This document shows, piece by piece, positions 48,479 to 62,029 of a DNA stretch of 64,000 nucleotides. Numbering within the stretch: the stretch's first letter is position 1; every line of letters starts with the position of its first letter. Made by a program: the position numbers and the translations under genes. This DNA comes from Chara braunii (taxonomy: Eukaryota > Plantae > Charophyceae): positions 5,973,336 to 6,037,335 of the forward strand of contig BFEA01000012.1 in assembly GCA_003427395.1 (NCBI GenBank), written 5' to 3'. The notes under the pieces were generated by a model that was given only the letters and a program-made list of their open reading frames with translations, was not told the origin of the DNA and did not search any database.

Positions 48479-49375
48479 TTGATCTCCCCAGTCTCGCACA
48501 TCACACACACGTGCCGTTTGTGATTGTTGCTCAAATGGTAGTGTTTCCAGGTCACATAGCATAGATCATGGGTTCGAGTCTGGCTTGGGACTTTGGGGGG
48601 GTTCTTGTCCAGCTTGGCCTGTCATATCTTCAATGAACATATAGTTCCCTCTACATAGCAGTGTACTTATCTGGCCTTCGGGCACATACATCTCACTATA
48701 CAGTTACACAAAACACACATAGCCTTACGACAGACACAAACATGGCTCGTGCATACATATACACATAGCCTACGGGCTCATACAACAACATACATAGCCT
48801 CTTGGCACACATATACACAACTATGATACCCGGCTGGGGGGATCTATCAGGTATATGACGGGGTTTACTCATGCATGACTTAGCTCTGGGGTAGGGTAGG
48901 GATATAAGTCGCTCCGGCTAGTCTGAGTTCCGCCTAGCCTTGGGTAAGTTAGGGGAAGGACGGTAGGATGTGTCCGTGGGCGCGGGCTTGCCTTGCTTAG
49001 GTACTCCTGCTGGGTAGACTCTCTGAATTAGACCTGTAGAAGATTGCATGAGCCTGGCGTCCAAAGTTCCGTACGGCAAGGTTCATCCACTTCCGCTTCC
49101 ACTAGCGCTGGGGCGTTGGCCCAGCCTTTGTGCTTGTCGCTGTTGTCTGGTCCAAGTTGCCCTCGATACTGGTGGGGTGATGGTCCTGAGTGCTGGTCAC
49201 ACTGTGGTAGGATAGCAGGGACGGGGTTGCACTGGGAGTATTAACGTGGGGATGGGTAGAGTAGGTGGCCTATCCTGTCAGGACACCCATTGGCTGCTGC
49301 TGCCAGCATTCACCGCGGGTCTGGTCCGTGGCCTCTGCAACACCCTGGGCTTCAAAAAAAAAAAAAAAAAAAAAA
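48479..49375 (+). mobile_element. SINE copy C (5'-truncated, retains second tRNA module, 22-nt poly-A) inserted in gag
   Basis: Colinear with 1903-2733; ends CACCCTGGGCTTC(A)n. Confidence 0.88.
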
Positions 49376-51330
49376 GACTGCCTTAACTAACAAAGGGCAG
49401 AACCGAAATTCAATGAAGAACACCACTCGTCTCCCTAAACGAGCAAAGATCCCATCTTCTCCGAAGGATGCTTCAACCAAGTTGTGGGAAGACCTTCGGA
49501 TCAGTCCAAAAGAATGGGAGAAAGATTGAAATTGAAAGTATGCTTGCATTGCCAAAAGAAGGGCCATGTGGTCCAAGACTGTTTCCGTTTGCAGGGAAAC
49601 CAGTCAAAGGCGTAGAGAAGTTGTCAGCACTCTCTAAGGCAAGAGAGGCTGAGCTGGTAAGTGCAAGTTCATCCATAGAGCGTTCCTTATACTGATTCCA
49701 AGGCTGATGCAGTCCAAGTCCTCTATGTTGAGCATTAGACGTCTAGAGAGAGAGAATTTCACTCCCACTTGAAGCACTGGGCTAAGCTTCAACAAAATGG
49801 TGCTCAAGGTGCACTGAAGTTAATCTTCTTTAAGATTCTCATTGGCCATACTTACATATGTGCTTTGATTGATTTTGGGTCAGCTGGAAATTTCTTTCCT
49901 CCTCGTGGTGTTGGTAAGGCGGGCCTGGGAATGAAGCATGTGGAACTGCAGAACCCTTGTAAGACCCAAGTTGGCAACCAGGCGGTTGTCACCTTAACAC
50001 ATGCAGTCAAAGGTGTGCACACTACCTTTGATGCTGATTGTATTGTCACACGCATTGAACACATATGTGCTCGAAGAATGTCCCTTTGAAGCGGTTATTG
50101 GCTTGCGTTGGCTTCAGGTCCAGTGCCTACGAACCGTTTGGAAGGAGCCACTCTACGTGGTACATGATGGTTCGGGGATCGAGCGTTCAATCCTTAATTC
50201 CCAGTGCGTCTTCTAAATGCATTAAGATTCTGCAGGAAATGGTGCAAGCGTGAGAAGGATGACCAGATGTACATAGCCTTTGGTCAAGCCTCCTCATGCA
50301 CCCTCTACTTTTATGACATTTAGTACTTTTAATCATATGACTAATTCTTCTACAACTCCTCCTAAATCTTTTGCATCTATTTGTGCTCTCAGTGCATCTA
50401 ATTCGGAGTCTGTTGTTTTGGCTGCCAATTCACAGCCTGATTTTTCTGCACCTGATTAGGATTCTCCACCTCCAGAAATCTCAACGACTATTTGCAGCCT
50501 TTTAGACAGTTTTCTGGCGTCTTGGCCAATCCAAGTGGAGCTCCCATGCGTCCGATCAAGCACAAAACTGAACCGTTGGAAGGCAGTGTTCTTCCAAAGA
50601 GTTGTGTCCATCGAATGGACCAGCTGAATTGGAGGCACTCCAAAAATAGATTGATGAGATGATTGACAAGGGGTGGTGCACCTATTTTTTTGTTCCCAAG
50701 AAGGGAGGCAAACTCCGGATGTGTATCAACGATCGTGGGTTAAACCGAATCACAAGAAAGAGTGCTTACCCACTGCCACGCATAGATGATCTGTTGGATG
50801 CTCGGATGGGTGCAAGGGCTTCTCCAAGATCGATCTCAAGTCTGGCTACCACGAGAGATTGAAGTCGATTTGGCAGACCAGCACAAAATTGCGTTCACGA
50901 CATGCGATTGGCTATATACGAGTTCATCATTATGCCCTTCGGTCTCATGAACACACCAGTCATTTTTCAAAGCCTCATGGATCGTGTTTTCAAAATGAGA
51001 TCAAACAATTGGTTGTTGTATACCTTGACGATATTCTGATTTTCAATCAATCCATGGATGAGCACATGAAACACCTTGAGGAAGTCCTTGAGATCCTCAA
51101 GGAAGCACACTCGCATGTCAACTTGGAGAAGTATGAGATAGTCCGCCATAGTAGTTTGGGAGAGACAACATCATCTATCTTGGGCATCGGTTGTTTGTCG
51201 TAGGCCTTAAGCCCGAGGCAACCAAGGTTGAGGTCATTTGCAATTGGGCTCAATTGACGAACGTTCCTGCGTTATTTTCTTGGCCTTGCGTCTTATTACC
51301 AAAAGTTTGTCCCAAAATTTTATGTCATTG

Positions 51331-51558
51331 CACACCCATTGTCCAGACTAACAAGTAATAATGTTCCTTACCAATGGAGTGATGCATGTGAGACCGCTTT
51401 TCAAGCCTTAAGGACGCTTTGGTGAGTCACATTGTGCTCCGCATGTACACCCATTGTCCAGACTAACAAGTAATAATGTTCCTTACCAATGGAGTGATGC
51501 ATGCGAGACCGCTTTTCAAGCCTTAAAGATGCTTTGGTGAGTCACATTGTGCTCCACA
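51331..51558. repeat. ~115-bp tandem duplication within the RNase H region
   Basis: ACACCCATTGTCCAGACTAACAAGTAATAATG...GTCACATTGTGCTCC occurs twice. Confidence 0.9.
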
Positions 51559-53508
51559 TTACAGATCCCAAACTTACATTAGTAGTCATTACAGATGCAA
51601 ACCAATACGGAATTGGCGCAGTGCTGCAACAAGATGATCGTGATGGCTTACGTCCGCAACAAGATGATGGTGATGGCTTATGCCAGCTCAAGTACTACAA
51701 CAAACGCATGCCCAAGAACAAGGTAGTTACTTCCACATATACGGGCGAGCTCTATACCATGTGCAAGGCTGTGAACCATTAGAAGCACTACCTTTTGGGA
51801 TGCCACTTCAAAGTCTTCTCAGATCATGAGACTTTGCAATAGATTTCAACAACGCTGTCCCGCTGGTTGCATGAAATAGTCTATGATATTGAGCTGAAAT
51901 ACACGAAAGACTCTTACAATCGAGTTGTTGATGCTTTGTCTCACCATCCTGAGTATATGACTTGCCTTGTGAGCTCTTATGACCCCCGAAAGAAACTGAA
52001 GGAGGATTTTGTAGAGCACACTACCAAGGATCCAGACTACGGTCCCATTCTTGCGCAACTCAAGGTTGACCCCAACAGTCGACCTGATTTTCACAAGTGC
52101 GAGGTTCTGTTGTTTCGACACTATGGAGCGTGTGACAAATTGTGTACCCAACCATGAGCCTCTCCGAACTCACCTTTTGGATTTGGCACATGGTCGAAGT
52201 GGACACTTGGGTTTCAAGGAAGTTTACAGAAGCCTGCTGCAGCCATTTGATTGGGCTGGTCTACCATTTCAAGCAAAGTTTTACCTTGGACTCTTAAAAC
52301 TCGTACGTCTTCTATCAATGGAATTACTTTAGTACTGGCATAGGGCATAAGATCTCGTTTTGAAGTTCTATTCCTACCAAATGAGCTAATCTATTTGCTC
52401 AAGTCTGCTAAAAAAATTGCGGCTGAATGAGAGGTTGTCAACAAATCAAGGTCCATAGGAAAAACCCCATGGCCTGCAGGAACCTCTCCCTATTCCTTCT
52501 GGTCCCGGTGAGTCTGTCTCCATTGACTTCATGGACATGGGAAAGATAAGTAAGAGAGGGTATTCATAAGTCATGGTGACTGTCGACCATTTCTCCAAAT
52601 CTATGAATCAGATTCCTTTACCGCCTCATGCGCCGACTGATTTAATCATTCACTAGTTTCTTCACAAACACATTTTGCAATATGCCTCCCGGGAAGCTCT
52701 TGTGAGTTTACCCGGTTCATTAGTGCAGACTCGGTTCATTAGCGGAAATGTGAAGGACTTCACCTCTGAACTCTATGACATCAAGTTGAGTACGACGTAT
52801 GGGCGACATCCCGAAGCTAATGGATTGGCTGAGGAAATCAACCAGACTATCACCTAACTTCTCTGAGCCCTCATCATTCCGGATCGAAAAACACGTGAGA
52901 TGAAGAGTTGGATGCGGTGAAGGGGTTATACAACTCCATTCACTCCGCCACCAGACTGACACCAAGAAGGTTGCAGTACGGTTGGCAGATCCATAACCCT
53001 CTCCTTCTTATTTCCTGATTGGTCGTCTGGTCTGACTCCCGGCATGACTGGCTATTCAGCTAAGTATCAACGCTTGCTCAAGGTGGTTGTCGCAACAATG
53101 AACAAGCGCCATGATGCCATGACCAAGTTTGCTAGAAAGAAACACAGACATGCAACATTCGAGGAAGGAGACTACCTCTAGGTTAAAATGTATGGGTTTG
53201 TAGAAGAAGAGGGAGTGTCTCGTCAACTTCTTCAATCGTACTACAGTCTGTGGCAAATTTTGAAGGTGGTAGGGAATGACGCGTTTGGTTCTTAACGCGG
53301 TGATCAGTTAAATTTATAGTAAAACTATTGTCTAAATGAAAATCTAAATTCAGTATGAAGTTGATATGAACGTATGTTATTGACGTGACACCTCATCTAC
53401 GCACGTGTGATGTACCTGGTATTTCACGCATCTAAAATGTATCTTTACGTTGCTGCTAATTCCTTTCCCTATCGTGAGCCTATGACCCCTCATGCTATAG
53501 GCGGAGGT

Positions 53509-53730
53509 CATGAAATGGACAGAATTGTTGCACATACAGGAAAGGGGAAGAACAGTCAGTATGAAGTCCATTTTTTGTATCATCCGTTGAAAGAGCTTTA
53601 CTGGATATCTAGGAAAGACTTACTTCAGAATGCATATCTAGGAAAGACTTACTTCAGAATGCATCCCGTGTTGGATATCTAGGAAAGACTTACTTCAGAA
53701 TGCATCCCGTGTTGTGAATGCATATGAACA
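53509..53730 (+). other. Chromodomain-like integrase C-terminus, disrupted by a triple tandem duplication
   Basis: HEMDRIVAHTGKGKNSQYEVHFLYHPLKELYWISRKDLLQNA..VVNAYE; ATATCTAGGAAAGACTTACTTCAGAATGCAT x3. Confidence 0.7.
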
Positions 53731-53886
53731 CCACATTGTTCCCGGACAAGCACCCACAATCTCTGCAAAGCTCACTACATTTAAATACACAGCAACTCTC
53801 TTCGCAGTACTTGCTTACGATGCATTTTGCAGGGACTCAGATTGAGTTACTCGCTAGGAGGGACCTAGCTCTTGAGAGGAGGGTAG

Positions 53887-55153
53887 TATAATGTCCTGCA
53901 AAATCACAGACTCATAAATTTGCTGATTGTCGAGTTTTGCAGCTGGATTGTGTGCCTTGCAGAGATTCTCAGTTTCTGCTGAGATTTCTAAGGCTGTGTG
54001 TGTGCGTGCTTGCTGATTCCCGTGTGCCTGTCTGAGTGCATGATTGCTTGGGGGTGTGTGTGACCCGCCAGGGTACTTGTATGTTTGGAAGGCCCTCGGG
54101 TCTGGTACTTACCTATGACTGTGCTTTTGTGGGTTTGCAGGGGAGACTTAGCAGCACGCTAGGCCCACGTAGCTGGAAACACTCAAATAGCAGGTAGCGA
54201 AGGCCTGTCTACGCTAGAAAACACTTGAGTAGCTGTAGGTAGGCAGAAACGGACAAAAAACTAGTACCTTTAGAGGCCGAGCAAATTTTAGAAGTCTCGT
54301 AGACCTACGTCCAGGGGTACCAGTCCAGTAGTCTGACTCTAGGGTCTGTACCGGACGATATCAAACCTACAGTCATGTTAATGTTTTCCTCCGAAAGGAG
54401 GAAGGTACGCTCAAGAGGTAAGCTGCCCGGTATATCTTGGAGAGCACTCGTTGCACTCCATCATTTGCGATGTGCAAGTTTGGCGTCAAGGAGGACCAGC
54501 ATTGGGGAGAACGAAGGTGGACTTGGCCGCCCACCTCGACTACGGTGGAGCAAGCCAAGGAGGAAGACTTTGGGGTGTAGGAGGAGGAGGGAGAAGGTGT
54601 GCAAGGAGGAGAGTGACGGGTTGGACAGTGTGCAAGGAGGAGAGTGACGAAGTGGACGCCATCTTCATCTTTTTGGTTGGTGCTGTACTTGGAAGGCCCC
54701 ATTGGGGGTGGCCTGCTACATGAAGACTTCAGGGCAGAGTTAGTAATGGCGGTCATAGTAGAGGGGACATATCTGCTTTCCTTTGTCCTTCGAACATCAG
54801 GGGAAGGCCCCACTTGTCCGCCATAGCCATCTACCAGTAGGAGGTAGAGGAAGGTGTCGGTCATGGCTATGGTGGACCTCATGTGCTGCTGGCAGTAAGG
54901 AAGGAGACTTGGTCATTGGTTCTGGTCCAGTCTTTCATTGTTGTTATTATTCTTTATTGAATGAAGAAATTTGGAGAAATAAGGAAGACGAAGTGAGTTG
55001 GTGGGTTGGAGAGGGAGTTGTCATTGGTCTTTGCTGGTTCTTCTTCTTCCATCATCTATTTCTCTTTCCAAGTTCTTTCATTTCGTTTGTTGTCACTGAA
55101 CGGCATTGTCTTTCAGTGTGTTATTGCACTTCGGAATAGCCAGGATCATAACA
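53887..55153 (+). repeat. Probable 3' LTR of the chromodomain-bearing element
   Basis: Follows the PPT; starts TATAATG (TG mutated?) and ends ATCATAACA. There is no partner LTR to confirm the boundaries. Confidence 0.6.
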
Positions 55154-55536
55154 CCTGTTTCAGATACCGGTCAGGACCCAGAACTCAGAGAAATCACAGT
55201 GTACCATTTAGTGTTACAGCCCTCTGAGAAACTGCAAGAACATTGCACACAAGATCAGGATCCGACAGTTAATCCTTCTGGAGGCAATCAATGCTGTTAT
55301 GATCATCCAGTAGTACTAGCCTCGGGCAGCTTAAAAAAGAGGTGCAGGAGTGGCAAATCCTCCCATTTGGGTAGCAATCAATCCCAGTTTCCAGCTATTT
55401 TAATGCAATCCTGGTTAAAAAAAAACAACCAGAACAATATTGTCGGAGGAGGCCAGGGTGAATGAAAGCAGGAAGAAAAGCAGGATGGAAGAAGGATGTG
55501 CTAAAGATGGACAGGTCATGATCCAGAAGCTCACAA

Positions 55537-55634
55537 TCAAACCTCACATGAACTGATGAGGCTCAACTAAATAGCCTGTCGTGAAAGGAGATCACTGGAT
55601 CAAGCCTCACATGAACTGATGAGGCTCAACTAAA
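55537..55634. repeat. Direct repeat of a small hairpin unit (x2)
   Basis: ATCAA.CCTCACATGAACTGATGAGGCTCAACTAAAT occurs twice. Confidence 0.85.
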
Positions 55635-55899
55635 TGATCACAAGCAAATTGAGATAGCATAGAAGAACAAGACTATGTGAAGACGAAGATCAAAAGCATG
55701 GAAGTATCTTAAGAATGTAAGCAACAAATACAATGTCCAGTTTGCTTCTCCCTCACTCCTCCACGGGAACTTCACCATCAGTCTAAAGTTCTCTAAACAC
55801 AATGTCACTTGCCAAGTCAGCCTCTCTATAGTGCTGGCATATACCAGGCTAGTGCAATGGAGATGGAACTCGAAATGAAAATGTCCATCTTCTGCGGCA

Positions 55900-56800
55900 G
55901 CATGGAGGGCAATGACCCTCACAGAATCAGTCTGAGATTTGTGCTGCTTTCCGAGTATTGCTGCTCGTTGGTCTGAATTGCTGAGATTTCCGTGTTCTGC
56001 ATGAGTTTGCTGTTTGCTTGCAAGTGTGGAAGTCCCTGTGTGACGATTGCTATACAGAGAACTAACTGAGTGCTTGCCCTGTGTTTTCTGTGTCTCGGGA
56101 GGGGGTAGACTAGAAAAATAGGGGCACCACAGGGACAAGACTGAAATTGTGTACGGGACAGACTTCTAGAAAGGCCAGGACGAACAGGAAGTTATAGAAT
56201 TTCGCTAATACCCGGTAGGGATTTTCCAGCAACTCAGGTAGGCCCAGCAGAGGTCCAGTAGGCCTAGAAGTACCTAGAAAGGTCACGAGTAGTCAGGGCC
56301 CGAACTTAGACATCAGGTAGGTTAGATTCAGGCCCTGAACGGGCCTGAAGTAGAGTTGCAGGCTGCGATGATGTTGCTGCCAAATTGTACCCCGGAGAGG
56401 AAGTAGGTCCCATGGCCATCGGAGGCCCATGTGTGGGTAGAGGTTCATCTTGGACTTCATCCTGCATTGTAGCTATGACAGAATGAGATGAGAGGCATAG
56501 TAGTGTCCTTTGAACATCCGTTATGAGCATGGATGTTCCGCCATAGCGGTAGTTGTAGTCTAGAGAGGAGAAGTGAGGTTATGGCCGGAAGGACGGTTCT
56601 TTGAGTGCTGGCAGTAAGGGGGAATATTCAGGACATGATTCCTGTTCATTCATTCATTTGTTGCAGTATTCAGTTGGTTATGAGAAGAGGAGTAAGGGAG
56701 AAGAAGATGAGAGGAAGGAGGAAGTAAGGGGGCAGACATTGGTTCAACTCCTGTCAACGTCTTCTTTTGAGTTTCAGCAAGCCTTGCATTTTTTTTGCAA
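55900..56800 (+). repeat. Diverged LTR-like fragment related to 53887-55153
   Basis: Shared blocks TGCTGAGATTTC, TGTCCTT.GAACATC, TCCGCCATAGC and TGCTGGCAGTAAGG in the same order. Boundaries are approximate. Confidence 0.55.
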
Positions 56801-57348
56801 GTGCGTTTTGCACTGAGAATGTAAGAGGATCAAATAGGAGTCTGAACCTATTGGACCTTCCCTCTCATCCCCTGAACTCACTAGCACAAGTGCCACACTC
56901 TCTATGGCACAAGCACCAACAGAGTGGAGTCCTGGATGAACGCTGGTCTCCCTCCTCTTGGAGTCTTCTTCCTGAGGTAGAGTGATGGCCACCAGTTAAC
57001 ATCTAGGATTCCCACATCTTATTAGCAACCCTTGTGCAATGGTTATCTCCTCCTTCCAGTCTCACCCCCAAGCCTCCTCTTTATGGTGCCAGACAAGCTC
57101 TAGTCCCACGCACTACCTCTGAGTCTTGGAAGAAGAAGAAATCCACTTCGGTCCCAGGTTGGGTTGAAGGAGGACTGTCTAGAAGTATCTAGTTGAGCGG
57201 GTATTACAATGGAAAATATTTGGATTGTGATGAGACTGATCACATTAAAGACCGGTGCCCCACGGATATTACACATGGAAACCAAGCAAGCCAATAGGGG
57301 TGATAGCCGCCCTTATAGAGTAGTGTAAGTATTGATTTTGCAATTCAC

Positions 57349-57402
57349 CTTAGCCAGAAGTTTTCTCACTCTGTCATACGCCTCCTTCAGCAATCTTCTA
57401 AC
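57349..57402 (-). CDS. FTSH11: Penultimate coding exon (54 nt) of the FtsH11-like gene
   Basis: ccattag|GTT...AAG|gtgaat encodes VRRLLKEAYDRVRKLLAK and joins in phase 0 to HEKKLH. Confidence 0.9.
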
Positions 57403-59374
57403 CTAATGGAATGACAATAATGCATTCACCAAAACATATTACACACACCACATGATGCATCAGTATCAAGCACAAATAGTGTGTTCAGTCCCATAGTTCT
57501 GTCCCCAACGATCAAGAATCAACCTATACTCAGACTGTTGCAATGAGCCACAACTTTTCACCCACAGAAAGTCAGTCACATAAGCCCCCTGCGATCTCAT
57601 AACACAATTAATCTAGGGCAGCGGAGGGTTGCAGGCAAGGCAGTCCACACATCCAACACGGACCAAAAGCAAAATCCACCACCTACTCATAACGCATATT
57701 ACCCCGCAAACTATTGGTTCCCACCACCCGATGGCCCAGGAACCCATTCTGACAAATGTCTTTCGTCACCCATGGAACTGCATCAATAGACATCCCAAAC
57801 AGACCGACCCCCCTAATAGTGTTCCAGCCTCCAGGCAATCCAATCAACCAACGACTGACTGTGTAGCACTTCCTAGAGGTGCTCACTTAGGCACACAGAA
57901 GAGAACACATATAATCACCACAACAACCACCCTTTTCCACCCAGATGAATAGAACCAAGCGCACTAAAACCGTTATATTCAATAATATATTGCCTTTTCC
58001 AGTTTTCCTTGTGCAGTTCTTTTTTTTTTTTTTTTTTTTTTTGGAAGATCCGGACAGGGCCTGCTAAAGGGACGGGTATGAGCAGCTCCGTCTAAAAGAC
58101 CCATCCCAGGATGCGCCGATCTATTGGTGGGGAGCAGCGGTGGAAACAGGGTCCAGTGTCCCATTGGACAACCCTTATAACCTCTATCGCGGGGCCATTA
58201 CCCGCTTTTGGCTTTAAAGATCCCAGATTCAAAAAAACACTTGTGAGAGCTGCACTGCCTCTTCAGCCGCCCATGGCCGCCAGATAAACAGAAGTATCAC
58301 TGCTGGTGCCCTGTCACCCTCGTCGTCTTTTCAGCCACCATACCACTGCAGATCCACCAGTGAAAGCTGGTGGGGTGGGAAGCCGTCCGGAAACTCAGAA
58401 GGGGGCCGCAACGGTACTGCTGGGCTGATCTTGGTCCAGTGGTTAAACTCCAGGCTGTAGTCTCTCCTGATCACTTGTTCTACCGGTTGATCCCCTCCTC
58501 CCCAGTGGATGCTGGCAATCCACCCTCATTGGTAGCCCCCCAACCACTGTGCTGAGAACCGCTTGATTGCCTGTTGGATACCTTTTTAGTGAGGAATAAG
58601 TCCAATTGTGCTTTCACCTTTGACCATTGTTCAGTGAAGTCCATCTGTGATTGCCATCTGATCATTTCTGTAATTCCTCGCCCTCCACCCGCACACCCGC
58701 TATTTTTCTCCCAGGGTTGTTTGGAGAGCCGCGCCGTGTTGGCAAAAGTGCGGCCGCTATTTTTCTCCAAGGGTCGTTTCGAGAGCTGCGTCGTGTTCCA
58801 GCGACCTTGGAGAAAAGTAGTGGGCAAGCTTTTGCCAACGTGGCGCAGCCCTCCAAAAACCCCTCAGAGAAAACTAGCGGGTGCAAGCGGGTGCACTTTT
58901 CCCTGCCCGGTGCGGCCCTCTGGTACGACCACTTCCCTGCTTTGACGAACTTCCGCGATGACTCAAAAAAAAGATCCGGGAAATGAAAAGCGGCCCTGCG
59001 GTAGACCTCGAGCGAACCGACCAGTTCCTCCCCCCAGGCTGTTTCTTTTGGGCCTGCGAAAAGCAGCAACCAGTAAATGGATAAAACACCAAAAATATGG
59101 CGGTGCATCTCTCCATGTTCCAACCAATATTCATTCCCGTTTGAAAACCGGTGAGTCGTTTGGGATGAATAGCAGTGCCAATGCCGTTGTGCTTGTGGGC
59201 CGACTCAGAGGTTCTCCAAGTTTTTTCAGACTATTGCGTCACCAGACTCACCACCATCTCTATCACCCCATGGCTAGACATCCCCCATTTGCTATCTAGC
59301 GGCTGGAGTGTGTAGAGTACCATAATCCCGAAGTCCACAAGATTTTCACGTGACACCAGGAGCACTATGCTTAA

Positions 59375-59430
59375 ACCACCACTTTACCGGACACCGAAAA
59401 ATGGCATTCCGATGAGTTCGGAGCGGGTCT
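59375..59430 (+). mobile_element. One end of a TTAA-family TIR element
   Basis: TTAA|ACCACCACT...GAAAAATGGCATTCCGA resembles the end at 24480. Confidence 0.45.
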
Positions 59431-60132
59431 TTAGGGGGCCACCAACCGGTGGGTGCAGGCGGGTCCAGTCCTGCAATTTTCACGCGCCAACTTCGGCGAT
59501 TTTTCGCGCTCGGAGAAATCAAGAAAAAAACTGAAAAATTGAGACCCGGTAGACGAGGTCGTGATCTTTCCAGGAAAAATATCAGAAAATAATGAAAATT
59601 GAAAAAAAAAAAAACAGCCCATGAAATAAACACAGCGCCAATTCGTCACATTTTTTATTTTTGCCACTCTACAACTTGTGGGCCAACAGGAAGAATTGTT
59701 TCAACCATGGCTGTGCCGGCATCTGGCCGGTTGGGGCCCCGGTGGTCCAACCGAAATTCCGGTTGGGCCCAAAAGTGGGTCCATTTTTTTTATTTTATTT
59801 TTGAAAACACGGTTCAACTGCACTCGCCGAGATCTCCCCGAAACCGCAAAGAAAACTTTGAACAGAGAAGTTTCTTTTGGGGGGTTGGGGGAGGGGGTAT
59901 TTCACGGGTTGAGGGTTGGGGGTTGGGGGGTTTGTGGTGAGGGTGTTAGTGGAGGGGTTTCAGCAAGCACGGCCTTCAGCAGACATTGAAAACAACGACC
60001 TGGCTTTCTGCAAACGTTAACCTTCCGCCCAAAAACTTTGAAAAGGGGGCCAGGGGTGTTAGTGGCAGGGTAGGGATGGTACTTCCCCCACCCAAAACTA
60101 TGAAAATGGGGGTGGGGGTGATAGTGTTAGGG

Positions 60133-60357
60133 GGTGCTTGTCACTGCTGTCTGGTCCAAGTTGCCCTCGATACTGGTAGGGTGATGGTCCTGAGTGCTGG
60201 TAACACCGGGGTAGGATAGTAGGGATAGGGGGTGCGCTGGGAGCATTATTGGGGAAGGGTAGGGAAGGTGGCCTATCCTGTCAGCAGAACCACCGGCTGC
60301 TGCTGCCAGCGATCAGCGGGGGTCTAGTCCTTGGCCTCTACAACACCCTGGGCTTAA
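60133..60357 (+). mobile_element. SINE copy D (heavily 5'-truncated)
   Basis: Matches 2539-2733, ending CCTCTACAACACCCTGGGCTTAA. Confidence 0.85.
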
Positions 60358-60373
60358 TCTATACTCTTATTAA

Positions 60374-60690
60374 AGGGAAGAGCGGGTCTCGCGTGACGGT
60401 GCCGTGAACCCGGCGCTCCTGTGTTGGGAAAGAGGTGTGGGACAATGCGCGGGCCCAAAGGGAATTTGCAGTTTTCTCTTTTGCGGTTCGCGCAAGTTCG
60501 AAGGGTGGCGCGGCATGGCATAAGTGCCAGTTTTTCCTTTCGCGTTTGGAGCGGGTCCAACGAAATTGAGTACGTGCAGTTTTTTTCTTTTGAGGTTCGC
60601 GCGAGTTCGAAGGCCGGCGCGGCGTGGCAGAAGCGCCAGTTTTCCCTTTTGCGTTCCGAGCGGGTCCAACAATTAGGGCGCGACGTGGCA
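60374..60690. repeat. GC-rich ~118-bp tandem repeat x2 after TTAA|AGGG; possible DNA-transposon end
   Basis: GCAGTTTT...GGTTCGCGC.AGTTCGAAGG...GAGCGGGTCCAAC occurs twice. Confidence 0.6.
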
Positions 60691-61263
60691 GAAGCGTTTT
60701 TCTCCTGTGTAGACGAGTTCGATTGCTGTCGCTAGCTTGAAGTTTTTGGGCGCGNNNNNNNNNNNNNNNNNNNNNNNNNNNNNNNNNNNNNNNNNNNNNN
60801 NNNNNNNNNNNNNNNNNNNNNNNNNNNNNNNNNNNNNNNNNNNNNNNNNNNNNNNNNNNNNNNNNNNNNNNNNNNNNNNNNNNNNNNNNNNNNNNNNNNN
60901 NNNNNNNNNNNNNNNNNNNNNNNNNNNNNNNNNNNNNNNNNNNNNNNNNNNNNNNNNNNNNNNNNNNNNNNNNNNNNNNNNNNNNNNNNNNNNNNNNNNN
61001 NNNNNNNNNNNNNNNNNNNNNNNNNNNNNNNNNNNNNNNNNNNNNNNNNNNNNNNNNNNNNNNNNNNNNNNNNNNNNNNNNNNNNNNNNNNNNNNNNNNN
61101 NNNNNNNNNNNNNNNNNNNNNNNNNNNNNNNNNNNNNNNNNNNNNNNNNNNNNNNNNNNNNNNNNNNNNNNNNNNNNNNNNNNNNNNNNNNNNNNNNNNN
61201 NNNNNNNNNNNNNNNNNNNNNNNNNNNNNNNNNNNNNNNNNNNNNNNNNNNNNNNNNNNNNNN

Positions 61264-61317
<54 letters not shown>

Positions 61318-61944
61318 ATATGAGATAACGTCAACTACTAATAGCGAGAAAGGGAAAGGACGATAGAGTACACAGGCGTGCGATGGGAAGAGATGGAGGA
61401 AGGGAGGAGGAGAAAAGGGATGGACGAGGAACGTGAAGGATCGAGGAACAAACAGGAGAGGTGGATGGGAGAGGGGAAGCGAGCACAGGGGGGGGAGGCG
61501 TTCGACGTGCATTTCTTTTTTTTTCTTTTTTTTTATACTCGTTTTTCTTCTTTTATGAAATGAAAAAAGAAGTTCAGTATCTGGATCGCTGATCGGCCAA
61601 GTATGCATGCCGCTCACTATTACATCAGCGAAAAGACCCGGAATGAGTCGTGGCTCTGGCAAAAAGAAAAGAAAAGAAGTGGCAGTGTATATTTTCATGT
61701 TCTATCGGAAGATTCATTCCGATTTTGCTATCCTATCGATTGAAGTTGCCTCTCTCTATCTCTCTACGCGCATGGCTAGAAAGCAGTGTATATTTTGATA
61801 TTCATTTGGAAGATTTATTCCGATTCTGTTTATCCTATCGATGCAAGTAGCCTTTCTCTATCTCTCTGCTTATCCTATCGATAAAAGAGTTGTGTTTTCC
61901 CGCCCTCCGAACCGCACGTGATGGATCTTTTTTTTGTGTGTGTA

Positions 61945-62024
<80 letters not shown>

Positions 62025-62029
62025 CCTAC

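Larger units (their letters stand above)
47190..55153 (+). mobile_element. Degenerate chromodomain-bearing Gypsy element (gag-PR-RT-RH-IN-chromo, PPT, 3' LTR; no 5' LTR seen)
   Basis: gag PRYDGKEDITTWI; protease ALIDFGS; [31 protein letters not shown]; integrase AHGRSGH, SIDF, HPEANGLAE; purine tract GAGAGGAGGG at ~53874. Confidence 0.88.

Noticed and set aside
55537-55634. CTGATGAG...GAAA resembling a hammerhead ribozyme (twice)
   Set aside because: The putative stem II (GGCT/AGCC) is separated from GAAA by 6 nt, stems I and III cannot be formed, and the second copy lacks GAAA. A simple CCTCA/TGAGG hairpin duplication explains it.
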